Of a DNA stretch of 64,000 nucleotides, positions 48,916-58,639 are shown one piece after another (positions within the stretch are counted from its first letter, which is position 1; every line of letters starts with the position of its first letter). The position numbers and the translations under genes were made by a program. A model generated the notes under the pieces. The model made no database searches and was not told the DNA's origin. It saw only the letters and a list, made by a program, of their open reading frames with translations. The DNA comes from a virus (taxonomy: Duplodnaviria; Caudoviricetes), in the IMG/VR virus record IMGVR_UViG_2595698755_000001, positions 1 through 64,000 of that record. The stretch is one strand, 5' to 3'.

Positions 48916-49104
48916 ATGAGTAGATTCAGAGATATCATGAAGAGTATCACGCCCGAACAATGGAGGAAAGCTATTCTTAGACGTAGGATTGGTGAAGTGC
49001 TAACTGGACATAAAACTGGTTGGCTTACAGATGAAGAAGCTAAAGACCATCTAATAAAAGTTTTTGAAGAATATCAAAGTTGGGTTGACAAAGACAAAGA
49101 ATAA
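48916..49104 (+). CDS. Hypothetical protein
   Basis: AAGGAGG SD. Confidence 0.55.
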   Translation: MSRFRDIMKSITPEQWRKAILRRRIGEVLTGHKTGWLTDEEAKDHLIKVFEEYQSWVDKDKE

Positions 49105-49352
49105 TGATATAATATTAGACAAGGAGGTTGATAGAGTGATTCTACTGAATGTGAAAATTGATGGAGAGTATAAACCGATTAAAGTACAAGAATTTGAATT
49201 AAAAGCTTTAATTGCTACTGGAAAGTTTGTACAGCTTGGAGGTCAATATTATCATGTAGACCACATCACGAAATTCTTTAAATCAGAGAAAGAAGAACCT
49301 ACCAACAAGAAACCAGAACCACCACAAATTATGATTAAAAGGGGATGAAGCT

Positions 49353-49820
49353 ATGATTAAAGTCGTAGATGGAGATTTATTAAAAGCAAAAGAGGATATC
49401 TTAGGACATCAAGTAAATTGTATGGGAGTCATGGGGTCGGGAATTGCTTTACAAGTCAAACAGCAACATCCAAAAGCTTTTGAAATATATAAAGAACTAG
49501 TAGAAAAAGCAAGAGAAGAAGATTCTCTACGATTCCTTTTAGGTAAAGCATTAGTAGTTGATTCAAATGATAAATACATAGCTAATCTGTTTGGTCAATT
49601 TACATACGGAAGTAACGGTCAATTTACATTAATGAATGCTTTACAAAACTCTCTAATCCAACTTCGCCAGTTTGCGGAAGCACGAAATTTAACTGTAGGA
49701 TTACCATTTAAGATTGGTAGTGACAGAGGTGGAGCAGATTGGAATGAAGTGCTTAAACTGATTGAGAAAGCCTTTGAAGGATATGAGGATAAGGTGACAC
49801 TATACAAATACAGGGGTTGA
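49353..49820 (+). CDS. Macrodomain protein (ADP-ribose binding/hydrolase)
   Basis: GDLL, HQVNCMGVMGSGIA, NLFGQ, PFKIGSDRGGADW. Confidence 0.88.
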   Translation: MIKVVDGDLLKAKEDILGHQVNCMGVMGSGIALQVKQQHPKAFEIYKELVEKAREEDSLRFLLGKALVVDSNDKYIANLFGQFTYGSNGQFTLMNALQNSLIQLRQFAEARNLTVGLPFKIGSDRGGADWNEVLKLIEKAFEGYEDKVTLYKYRG

Positions 49821-49824
49821 TAGT

Positions 49825-50124
49825 ATGAAGATAGAAACAACAAGACTGCAAATGATTCTAGCACACATTCGAACAGATACACACATAAATTTGACAGGAG
49901 AGAATCGTGAAATATTCACTAGTATTATACTAGAACTCATCAAAGCCCGACACGTACAAGAAGACCTCATTGAACTGCTTAAAAGTGCTGATGACAAAAT
50001 TGAAAAACTAGAATGGAAACTGATGTTTGAGAACAAGGACAAAATAGTAAATCAAATGGTCGCCAGAAAGATGAAAGAAGGTAAAATGAATGAAAAGAAC
50101 AGTGGAAGTCAAGAGGAAGAATGA
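49825..50124 (+). CDS. Hypothetical protein
   Basis: ORF with SD. Confidence 0.55.
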   Translation: MKIETTRLQMILAHIRTDTHINLTGENREIFTSIILELIKARHVQEDLIELLKSADDKIEKLEWKLMFENKDKIVNQMVARKMKEGKMNEKNSGSQEEE

Positions 50125-50308
50125 ATGGGTACGTGTGTTTGGAGTAAATGATTTACATAATTCCGATGAGTTTAGAATGTTTGAACCAGATGGAAGACCA
50201 GTGATTGGTGAGAATGGTCAAGTGGTTTTTAAGGCTATCAGTGAGCCTTACTGGAACGATGACCTTTGCACATGGATGATTGATATTGAGAACCGTAAAC
50301 TACGATAA
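50090..50308 (+). CDS. Hypothetical protein
   Basis: ORF in operon. Confidence 0.55.
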   Translation: MKRTVEVKRKNEWVRVFGVNDLHNSDEFRMFEPDGRPVIGENGQVVFKAISEPYWNDDLCTWMIDIENRKLR

Positions 50309-50319
50309 GAGGTGATGCT

Positions 50320-50673
50320 ATGAAGCGTTTAAAGATAGCTACATTAATGTTTGCAGTAACTATTGTTATGAGTGCTTTGAGTGGTTGTGGAACACCGTCA
50401 GATTACGACAACATAAATGAAAATGTCACAATTACAGATACAAAAGTAGCTAAGTTTGATACAGAAAACGTAGGCAGGTCATCTGCTCATGTAATTTATT
50501 TTGAAAAAGATGGCAACTCTACAAAGTTTAGAGTATCTCCTGCTTTGTATGAAGATGTAGAGAAGATACTTAATACTGCAAGAATGGTAGGCAAAGAAAA
50601 AGAATTGAAGTTTGATGTTGTAACTGATGGTAAGGACGTAGTTAGTGTAACATTATCTTCAAATAGAAAATAG
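50320..50673 (+). CDS. Lipoprotein
   Basis: Lipobox LSGC. Confidence 0.7.
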   Translation: MKRLKIATLMFAVTIVMSALSGCGTPSDYDNINENVTITDTKVAKFDTENVGRSSAHVIYFEKDGNSTKFRVSPALYEDVEKILNTARMVGKEKELKFDVVTDGKDVVSVTLSSNRK

Positions 50674-50683
50674 GAGTGATTGG

Positions 50684-51094
50684 ATGGAAGGTTTAAAATT
50701 AATAGAACAAGTGTTTGCAGATGTAATTGAAGAATATGGAAGTATGGATTTATATGAAATTGAAGACCTTGAAGGTGTAACAGAATATGACGATGATATT
50801 GATTATAATGATGATTGGTATAATTTTCATATAGTAACCTTTAAATATAAGGGTAAATACTATTCTTTTGAATATAAACGCCACACATCTGATAACGTTT
50901 GTGATACAGAATATTTCTATGGGACATTCAAAGAAATTAAGATTCTAAAACCATTAGAGCTTTTTGGTGGAATTAAAGATGATTTCACTCTTAATAAAGA
51001 TACTTTCACACAGGCAGAAGTAATTACACTTTTACATCTAAGTCCTTATCAGATTCACCAATTGTTAAAGGAAGTTGAGGACAATGACATCTAA
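50684..51094 (+). CDS. Acidic hypothetical protein
   Basis: AGGAG SD; D/E/Y-rich. Confidence 0.65.
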   Translation: MEGLKLIEQVFADVIEEYGSMDLYEIEDLEGVTEYDDDIDYNDDWYNFHIVTFKYKGKYYSFEYKRHTSDNVCDTEYFYGTFKEIKILKPLELFGGIKDDFTLNKDTFTQAEVITLLHLSPYQIHQLLKEVEDNDI

Positions 51095-51629
51095 GTTTTA
51101 CGTTTATAGATTCCTAGACGTACTAGGAACAGTCTTATACATAGGTAGAACCAATGATTTGAAAAGGCGTTTAGAAAATGAACACTTCTCAAAATATGGT
51201 CACCTTCCAAAAGAATGTTATGATAAATGTGCAACGATAGAGTTTATGGAGTTTGATTCTGAGTCCGAGATGAAGGTCTATGAACTCTATCTTATAAATA
51301 GATATTCTCCACAATATAATGTTATGGAGAACCGCAACGATAATTTTACATTTATTTTAAAAGAAGACTGGACAAAAGTTAAAAATAATGATATAATAAA
51401 TAAGAAGGAATATAAGATATACTCTTACATAGTGATGCATTCAGATGTTGGCAAGTTTAGAACTACTACAACATTGACTGCTCTTGCAGAAGGTCTGAAA
51501 ATGAAACACAAAGATAAATTGTGGAAGTTATTAGAATCACTACAACGTAAGGGTTATATTTATGTACAACAGCTTGGTATGACACTGATAATAAGTCATA
51601 CGTTGAGAGACTTAGAGTTTCCAAAATAA
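51084..51629 (+). CDS. GIY-YIG nuclease-domain protein
   Basis: YVYRF...LYIGRT..LKRR...E..LI....PQYN. Confidence 0.8.
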   Translation: MTSKFYVYRFLDVLGTVLYIGRTNDLKRRLENEHFSKYGHLPKECYDKCATIEFMEFDSESEMKVYELYLINRYSPQYNVMENRNDNFTFILKEDWTKVKNNDIINKKEYKIYSYIVMHSDVGKFRTTTTLTALAEGLKMKHKDKLWKLLESLQRKGYIYVQQLGMTLIISHTLRDLEFPK

Positions 51630-51651
51630 AAATTACAAGGTGGATGATAGT

Positions 51652-52527
51652 ATGGAAAGAAAAATGGGAATAATTACTTTTTTAAATGTGATGAGCAGTT
51701 GGAATCAAGTGCCTACAATTGAATTAGTAGATAATATTGGACTTTTAAGAAATGTAGTACCTTCAAGAACAAAGGTTGCGACATATAAAGACGGTACGAA
51801 TATCGGATTAACTAGAACATTTTTAAATACAGAATGGAAATACATAGAAAATCATAAAACATTTACAGAAGCTTATAATGAAGCAAAAAGCCAAAATCAA
51901 AGTCAAATTGTAGGATTGCTAGGAGATAGATATGAATTTTCATATATTGGCGGTGGAGTAGAAAGTATGCCAATATCGGCATTGACAAGTTTGAATATTT
52001 CTTTCAAGGATTTAGTAGAAGGTAAAATGTGGGAGACATATTCTGGATGGTCGTCACCTTTAGATGGGGAGCAAGCTTCAAGTCCTACTGAACCTAGAAA
52101 CTTTAATTTCACTGAAACAGTGGAGAATTTGCTTGGAGCATCTATTCCTCATTATATGATTCAATTTAATACAGGAAGAAAGATACATTTAGATGCAGAT
52201 GGCATTAAAGATGCTTTAACTGAACAGATTGTAGAATTAGATGCATCACTTTACTTGTCTGGTGCATGGTATGTAGGAGAAGACGTTGTAGAAACAGGGG
52301 GCGGTAATATGACACTTACAGAAGCGGTTGGTCAAGTGGATTGGCAGACACAGGATTTAGTATTCTTAGCAGGAACAAATAAGGAATTTAGAATCTATGG
52401 TGCAAATAACTATTCAGAAGTGAATTTATATAATGCAATACCAAAAAACATTAGAGACACAGAAACAGTACATTCAATATTGTTTGCTAACTCTTGGAGT
52501 TTAGCACCTGCATATACAGGAGCATAA
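51652..52527 (+). CDS. Hypothetical protein with about four degenerate tandem units
   Basis: Repeating (F/L)TE(A/T) ... L.....W pattern. Confidence 0.65.
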   Translation: MERKMGIITFLNVMSSWNQVPTIELVDNIGLLRNVVPSRTKVATYKDGTNIGLTRTFLNTEWKYIENHKTFTEAYNEAKSQNQSQIVGLLGDRYEFSYIGGGVESMPISALTSLNISFKDLVEGKMWETYSGWSSPLDGEQASSPTEPRNFNFTETVENLLGASIPHYMIQFNTGRKIHLDADGIKDALTEQIVELDASLYLSGAWYVGEDVVETGGGNMTLTEAVGQVDWQTQDLVFLAGTNKEFRIYGANNYSEVNLYNAIPKNIRDTETVHSILFANSWSLAPAYTGA

Positions 52528-52567
52528 TGGTTAGGGGTTATCCCCTAACTCATTAATAAAAGGAGGA

Positions 52568-52846
52568 ATGTCAATGAAGAAAACATTATTAGTAACTTTA
52601 ATCGGATTGACAGCTTTAACATTAGGTGCTTGTGGTTATGAGCAAGGCTCAACAGTTTATGGTGGAAAATTCAAAGTCATTGGAGATGTTGGTGGAAACT
52701 ATGCCCTTTTAAGAGATGTTGACACAGGTTGTATATACATCGAACGGACATCTTCATACCCTTCTATATCAGCTTTCTTTGATGAGAATGGTAAAGTAGC
52801 AGGTTGTGGTCAAACAGACTTCGACACTAAAAAATATGATAAATAA
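52568..52846 (+). CDS. Lipoprotein, DUF6440-like
   Basis: Lipobox LGAC; RDVDTGCIY; resembles the 15448 gene. Confidence 0.65.
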   Translation: MSMKKTLLVTLIGLTALTLGACGYEQGSTVYGGKFKVIGDVGGNYALLRDVDTGCIYIERTSSYPSISAFFDENGKVAGCGQTDFDTKKYDK

Positions 52847-53012
52847 GGTGATTAAATGCAAATAGGAGATTACAAGATTCATCGTAAAGACCAATGGGAT
52901 TTACATTGCAAGCCTATCATCTGCATTCACAAATACTATGATGGTGGTAATGGATGTAAACGAGTATTTTGTTTCTGGTTTGACGGACTAAAATTGAAAT
53001 GGAGTCGATAAT

Positions 53013-53357
53013 ATGGCACATATTGATGGTTATGCAGATTTTTTAGTAGAAGATGTACGAGTGAAATTAGGATACGATGCAAAGGATTCTAGTCATGATG
53101 ACGAAGTGTTAGCAAGACTTACAGCAGGTGAAAAGATTTCAAAATCAAAACATCTTAAACAACCTAAGTATCATGTAGGGCAAGTCTTAGTTGACAATAG
53201 TAGACCAGATGCAAATATGAAAATCATTACAGTGTCTCCACAAGTAGATTATACAGGTGAATTTTCATATTTCATTCAATGGAATGAAGATGGAGAGATT
53301 TGGTTTGCAGTCTTTGACGAAGAATATATTACTGATTGGTTTAAGGAGGTCAAATAA
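53013..53357 (+). CDS. Hypothetical protein
   Basis: ORF with SD. Confidence 0.6.
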   Translation: MAHIDGYADFLVEDVRVKLGYDAKDSSHDDEVLARLTAGEKISKSKHLKQPKYHVGQVLVDNSRPDANMKIITVSPQVDYTGEFSYFIQWNEDGEIWFAVFDEEYITDWFKEVK

Positions 53358-53593
53358 TGCAAGCCTTTGAAGTGATGTATGATATTGGTGGTAGTAGTGG
53401 TAATCGTGTTGTTTTGTTGGTAAAAGATGAATCATTTTTAGAGGTTGCTTTATCCGAAAAGACAGAATATAGAATTGGTAATCAGTTTTCTAGAATTAGA
53501 CGTAAGGTAGAAATACCATTAACTAGAGTTATGGTGAAAGATTTATCTATTACAGAATTACTAGCATGGCAGAGAGTTGTGATTGTAGATTGA
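53357..53593 (+). CDS. Hypothetical protein
   Basis: AAGGAGG SD. Confidence 0.6.
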   Translation: MQAFEVMYDIGGSSGNRVVLLVKDESFLEVALSEKTEYRIGNQFSRIRRKVEIPLTRVMVKDLSITELLAWQRVVIVD

Positions 53594-53729
53594 TAGCTAA
53601 GATTTATGTTTGCAACCATTGTCAATTGATTACCGAACCAATCACATATACTCCTACATGTAAGTGTGGGAGAGAAATGATTGAAGGAACAGATGAATAA
53701 AACTACATTTTATAAAGGGGATTGATATT

Positions 53730-53945
53730 ATGTTAAACGCAATCGTTGTTTTAGAGGATAATAAAAATCGAAGAGAACTTAATTTAAAATATAAAATGGT
53801 GGATGATATGCCAATAACAAAAGTTTCATTTGAGAATTTGGGCAATGGTATATTTTACTCATTTAGACAGGTTTATAAGTCTCTTGGAGCAGAAGTGGAA
53901 TTAGTAATTAACGCTGACAAAGTAGTTGAAATCAAAACAATATAG
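53730..53945 (+). CDS. Hypothetical protein
   Basis: Follows the N5 junction variant 53697-53713. Confidence 0.55.
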   Translation: MLNAIVVLEDNKNRRELNLKYKMVDDMPITKVSFENLGNGIFYSFRQVYKSLGAEVELVINADKVVEIKTI

Positions 53946-53958
53946 AAGGAGAGATTCT

Positions 53959-54168
53959 ATGCGTTGGAGAAGTAAGTCGGATTTCATTTCTGTAGGAGAT
54001 ACTAGATACATAACAAAATTCCTTTTATTCCCAAAGAAGATAAATAGAGAATGGCGTTGGCTAGAACGTGCAACAATCCTACAAAAATGTGTTGAGAGAA
54101 TGAATAGTGGGTCAATGGATTATGGATATCACAAGGTGTGGATGGATATACAGTGGATTAAACGATAA
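53959..54168 (+). CDS. Hypothetical protein
   Basis: AAGGAG SD; KFLLFPKKI..EWRWLE motif. Confidence 0.55.
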   Translation: MRWRSKSDFISVGDTRYITKFLLFPKKINREWRWLERATILQKCVERMNSGSMDYGYHKVWMDIQWIKR

Positions 54169-54540
54169 TCTAATAGAGGGGTGATTAAAATGTCACTTGG
54201 AGGATTAGGCTTAATTGGTACTTGTATCTTTGCAGGAGTTTTGGTTTGGTTTGCATATACACGAATTAAAAAATAGGAGTGATAATATGATAGAATTTAT
54301 TCAAGCAATTGATTGGCAAAGTTTTTATGTTGGTGTTGTAACTACTATAATAGTTGGTGGATTAGGTGCAGTATTACTTGGAGCAATTGGTGAAGGACTG
54401 TGACACGATATGACGAACTGACAAAGGTTTATAGCGAAGAAGAAGTCGAATTAATAGAGTATGTATCATGGCTTTGGTTTCGATGTACTGGCAGTGACCA
54501 TAGAGATAAAATCTATGAGGAAATGATTAAAGAGAGAAAT

Positions 54541-54748
54541 ATAAAATGATACTTTTATGAGGTGATTCAATGATTAAATGTGTATGCGGTCAAGTAATGA
54601 AAGAAACAGTAGAACAATGTTTCTTTAAAGAAGATTGCAAAGGTTGTGGAGTTTGTGAAAACGGATTTGTAAAAATTGTATCTTGTGAAAATCCAGACTG
54701 CACCGTTTGTGATGTAGACGTAGATTTTGAATAAAAGGATAATTTTAT
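54541..54748. repeat. Two junction sites flanking a small Cys-rich ORF
   Basis: 54541-54558 and 54731-54748. Confidence 0.7.
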
Positions 54749-54760
54749 AGAGGTGATGTA

Positions 54761-54970
54761 ATGGAGTTACGTGATGAATATGCAGTCTATACACATGTAA
54801 AAGCCTTACAGGATATATTTGAAAATGATACATTTCGTTGGCTCAAAAATGAATATTATGAAGTTGTAGAAGTCTGGAAAGCCGATAGAATTGTAGAAGT
54901 TGAATCGGAATCTGGCAGGGTATTCATAGACCTTGATGATGAATCATTTGAATTTATTGAAGAGGAATAA
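54761..54970 (+). CDS. Hypothetical protein
   Basis: GAGG SD after junction site. Confidence 0.55.
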   Translation: MELRDEYAVYTHVKALQDIFENDTFRWLKNEYYEVVEVWKADRIVEVESESGRVFIDLDDESFEFIEEE

Positions 54971-54990
54971 ATAAATTTATTAGTTTAGGA

Positions 54991-55470
54991 GTGATGTATA
55001 TGGCATGGGACGAAGCTAAAACGAAGGAAGATTTCATTAATCTTCTAAACGAAATAAATGCATACAGAGAACTAGATGGGCAAGACTTCGACTTTGGAAC
55101 AGGGTTAATCAAGAATGATATGTCATTCGGCAGTGAAGATGCTTATTATGAGATGGATATCTGGTCACTAGAAAGCATTATTGAGTATTTTGACTATCCA
55201 GTATACAGAAAGAGAAACAAACGTCAGCGACCAAATAAACACGCTAGAAAGCGTAAGCAGATTCAAAAGATGGAACGTATGCGACACGATGACAATTGGT
55301 TTTACCCTGTTTACAATAATGACAAGTATAATAAAAGATTCTATCGTGGTAAGAGGTCTGCTTTCTTAAAGAAAGTATCTAGCAAGAAAATCCGAAACCA
55401 CAAAGGAAGCTTTCAACCAAAAGGAAACAAACATAAGCGTGTGTTTGATTTCTGGTGGGAATTAGAATAG
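54991..55470 (+). CDS. Hypothetical protein, acidic N-terminus and basic C-terminus
   Basis: ORF; ends KGNKHKRVFDFWWELE. Confidence 0.65.
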   Translation: MMYMAWDEAKTKEDFINLLNEINAYRELDGQDFDFGTGLIKNDMSFGSEDAYYEMDIWSLESIIEYFDYPVYRKRNKRQRPNKHARKRKQIQKMERMRHDDNWFYPVYNNDKYNKRFYRGKRSAFLKKVSSKKIRNHKGSFQPKGNKHKRVFDFWWELE

Positions 55471-55480
55471 GAGTGATATT

Positions 55481-55807
55481 ATGATGGAAGAAAAATTCGA
55501 TGTTTGCGTAGATGATTCTAATGTTGAGATTCTAGATTTTATTAGACTTGCATTTGAAAATGGATGGCATAAACATTATGAAGTTACTGTTTCAATGGTA
55601 GAATTTGATTATGATGAAGACGGTGACAAATTCTACGTAGAAGAACCTAGCAGACTAGTCAATACAGGTTTATCTAACTCATATGGAGCAGTAACAGCAA
55701 TTGAGCATCAAGGGTCATATTATATGTTATTAGATAACTATGGACATACTGGAAGTGTAGAAATTAGTAGAGAATTATACTTAGCATTAAATAAAGAATT
55801 TAATTAA
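55481..55807 (+). CDS. Hypothetical protein
   Basis: AGGAG SD. Confidence 0.6.
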   Translation: MMEEKFDVCVDDSNVEILDFIRLAFENGWHKHYEVTVSMVEFDYDEDGDKFYVEEPSRLVNTGLSNSYGAVTAIEHQGSYYMLLDNYGHTGSVEISRELYLALNKEFN

Positions 55808-56048
55808 AACTTGTTGACAAGCGTAAATATTAATGATATAATAAGTACATAAGGGAGGGCGACATGATGTTATTTCTTGAAAATCTATTTCAAACAATAG
55901 CAATGGGTGGAATGTTTTACTCTGCATATCATGCTGTTGACTGGTTTAAGAAAGAAAAATTTATTCAATCAATTGTTAATGTTATCGGTTTTCTAACATT
56001 CTTTTGGTGGTATCAAGTTTTAGAAATTATGGCATAGGAGAGGATAAT

Positions 56049-56519
56049 ATGAGTCAATTTAAATTAGGAAATAAAGTAATGTTTAAGAGTCAATTGCCAG
56101 ATATCTACAAAGTAACTGAAACAGGTGTTGAAGATTTTGGAGAAAGAAAAGATGTTGCAGTTGTTACTTTAGATAAAGGATATAAAAATATTCCTGCTGA
56201 TTTAATTATGCGAGTTGGAGAACTTGGTGATGGTTATCATACATTTGACGAGTTATATGAGCATCGCATGATGTTATTCCTAGTAATTTGTCATACATAC
56301 AAAGAACAAGCATGGAAGTCTATGTTACATTCAGATGGGACAATGTTTGATGGGTCATTTATTGTAGGTGTCACAACACCAGAGGGTCAATATTCATACC
56401 ATTACAGAGAACAAGATTATCACCTATTCAAAGTAAAAGAATTAGAATTTGCACCAGAATATGATGGACACGTTCCATCGGATATAACTAGACTTTTATC
56501 TCTGTTAGAGAAGGAGTAG
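56049..56519 (+). CDS. Conserved phage protein, WDGH-like domain
   Basis: DGYHTFDELYEHR, AWKS..H.DG, TPEGQYSYH, EYDGH. Confidence 0.65.
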   Translation: MSQFKLGNKVMFKSQLPDIYKVTETGVEDFGERKDVAVVTLDKGYKNIPADLIMRVGELGDGYHTFDELYEHRMMLFLVICHTYKEQAWKSMLHSDGTMFDGSFIVGVTTPEGQYSYHYREQDYHLFKVKELEFAPEYDGHVPSDITRLLSLLEKE

Positions 56520-56524
56520 TATTT

Positions 56525-57031
56525 ATGGAAGTTACTGTTGATGAAAAAGGATATATTGCGAAAGGGAAACAACCTAGACCAATTAAGTGTAATGTAAATA
56601 ATAATGGTTGTTGGATTCCTCAAAAGGGGATGAGAGATAGGGATGGATATGTAATAATTGTACGAAAAGGTAAGAATCAAAAGTTACATAGGTACTCATA
56701 TATGATGTATAACAATAAAGATTTAGATTCAAAGATTGTAATTAGACATAAATGTGACAATAGAGAATGTTGCAATCCAGAACACCTTGAAGAAGGAACA
56801 GTACAAGATAATAATCAAGATATGATTGATAGAGATAGATACAGTAGAGGTAAAACTCACATGAACGCATTTCTCACAAAGGAACAATATATAAAAATAA
56901 AAAACATGTTAGAAAACAAAATTATGATGACAAGGATATCAAAAGAATTAGATATATCATACGAGGTAATTTTCAAGATTAAACACAATAAACATTGGAG
57001 TTGTCAAGAATACGGAAATATAGGAGAGTGA
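56525..57031 (+). CDS. HNH endonuclease (freestanding, homing type)
   Basis: GCW, GY, HR, IRHKCDNRECCNPEHLEEGT..DN. Confidence 0.88.
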   Translation: MEVTVDEKGYIAKGKQPRPIKCNVNNNGCWIPQKGMRDRDGYVIIVRKGKNQKLHRYSYMMYNNKDLDSKIVIRHKCDNRECCNPEHLEEGTVQDNNQDMIDRDRYSRGKTHMNAFLTKEQYIKIKNMLENKIMMTRISKELDISYEVIFKIKHNKHWSCQEYGNIGE

Positions 57032-57035
57032 TTAT

Positions 57036-57779
57036 ATGAGAGAAACTAATGAATTTATTTTCTTCTGGATGGGTGATGATGTTTATTCAAACTTCTATTA
57101 CTCACCATTCGTACATCAAGGAATTAAGTTTCAATGGTCTGAACAAGCTGTTATGTACCGTAAAGCAATGCTGTTTGGAGCAACTAAGATTGCACAAAAT
57201 ATCTTAGAATCAGATACACCTGCACGTTGTAAATTCTGGGGTCGTAGTCGTGAGATTCCATTTGTTGAAAGTGTTTGGAAAGCTAATCGTGAAAGAATCT
57301 ATAGAGAGGTACTTTTGGATAAGTTTTCATTACCAGAGTTGAAGAAAACAATTCTAGCAACAGGTAATAAAAGATTAGTAGAAGCAAGTCCTTCTGACAA
57401 GATTTGGGGTATTGGTCTTCATGAGAATCATAGAGATGCAACAAATCCTCAAAAATGGCGTGGGATGAACTTGTTAGGCAAAGTCCTAGAGCAAGTACGA
57501 ACACAATTAAGCTTTGTCAAGTGTGTCCGTAAACCAATTGAAATGAGAGCCATTCAATGGCATGAGGGAATGGAACTAGAAGGTGTATTTGATAAAGCAA
57601 TGGTTTCAGAAGTGTGGATGGATAAGGGTGCAGAAGATGGACGTTATCATGTATTCACAGATGATGGTATGGTTAATTTATATAACGGTATCATCATTGT
57701 AGAGAAGCCAAACGGATTACGACAAGTATATAGTCTACCATTATTTAGAGAATTTTATGAGGTGATGGATAATGATTAA
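57036..57779 (+). CDS. NADAR-family protein with extra C-terminal domain
   Basis: SNFY, SEQ, KF, LVEASPSDKIWGIG, WRGMNLLG. Confidence 0.88.
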   Translation: MRETNEFIFFWMGDDVYSNFYYSPFVHQGIKFQWSEQAVMYRKAMLFGATKIAQNILESDTPARCKFWGRSREIPFVESVWKANRERIYREVLLDKFSLPELKKTILATGNKRLVEASPSDKIWGIGLHENHRDATNPQKWRGMNLLGKVLEQVRTQLSFVKCVRKPIEMRAIQWHEGMELEGVFDKAMVSEVWMDKGAEDGRYHVFTDDGMVNLYNGIIIVEKPNGLRQVYSLPLFREFYEVMDND

Positions 57780-58326
57780 TAGTGTCTATTATGGATTAAA
57801 ACAAGAGAAGTACGCTGAGACAAATTATCAAAATTGGAACAGGCTTTGGAATATCTTTTATGGTTGGGAAAAACTTGATAGTGAGTATATACAAGCAACA
57901 ATAGATGTCGTTAAGGCTCACATGGAGAATCATGATAACTGTCGATATATTAACCCGACATTTAAAACAATTGACAAAAAGGTTTTCTTGGATAATAAAT
58001 TCTCGATATTGCTTGATAAAGAACAAAGAGTTACGATTGGTGATAAAACAGGAATAGTAATGGATAAGGTTATTGATATATCTAAAGATACAGCATTCTA
58101 CTACACTAGTATCGTTGCAGAAATAGATGATTCAAAGTATGAAGAACGTAGAAAAAAAGAATTTGAGTGGCTTCTACAACTGCTAGAATCAAAGTTAAAA
58201 ATTGTCAAAGAAAGAGAAGCACGAGAAGATATTCAAGATGAAATGAAAATAGAAATAATGAAAGCAGAAGAAGAACAAGATAATACATTTATGGGCAAAT
58301 TAATCAAATGGTTTAAAGGAGAGTGA
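57772..58326 (+). CDS. Hypothetical protein
   Basis: ORF with SD. Confidence 0.65.
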   Translation: MINSVYYGLKQEKYAETNYQNWNRLWNIFYGWEKLDSEYIQATIDVVKAHMENHDNCRYINPTFKTIDKKVFLDNKFSILLDKEQRVTIGDKTGIVMDKVIDISKDTAFYYTSIVAEIDDSKYEERRKKEFEWLLQLLESKLKIVKEREAREDIQDEMKIEIMKAEEEQDNTFMGKLIKWFKGE

Positions 58327-58330
58327 TTAT

Positions 58331-58639
58331 ATGTCATCATATCAAAGAATAGCTTGTGATTCATGTAATGACCTTACTTGGTCAAAAATTGGTACGGATT
58401 CACATAAACTTCATTTGTGCGGAGATTGTTTCCAAAATCTAAAGGATGAAGTAAAGAAAGAACTTTTACGAGATTACTACATACCATGTATGGGTTGTGA
58501 TGGTCAATTTTACACTCAAAATTATTTGGGAGAAATTGAGAATTGTGACCAGTGTGAAGCTAGTGGACGACAAAAAGTGACAAAAGAAGAGTATGACAAA
58601 TTCTGGAAACATTTCAGTCGGGATGAGTTTTACCGATGA
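58331..58639 (+). CDS. Cys-rich hypothetical protein
   Basis: Four CxxC motifs. Confidence 0.6.
   Translation: MSSYQRIACDSCNDLTWSKIGTDSHKLHLCGDCFQNLKDEVKKELLRDYYIPCMGCDGQFYTQNYLGEIENCDQCEASGRQKVTKEEYDKFWKHFSRDEFYR

Noticed and set aside
56525-57031. HNH gene as part of a group I intron
   Set aside because: Flanking genes are complete, separate ORFs with only a few nt between them, leaving no room for an intron core.
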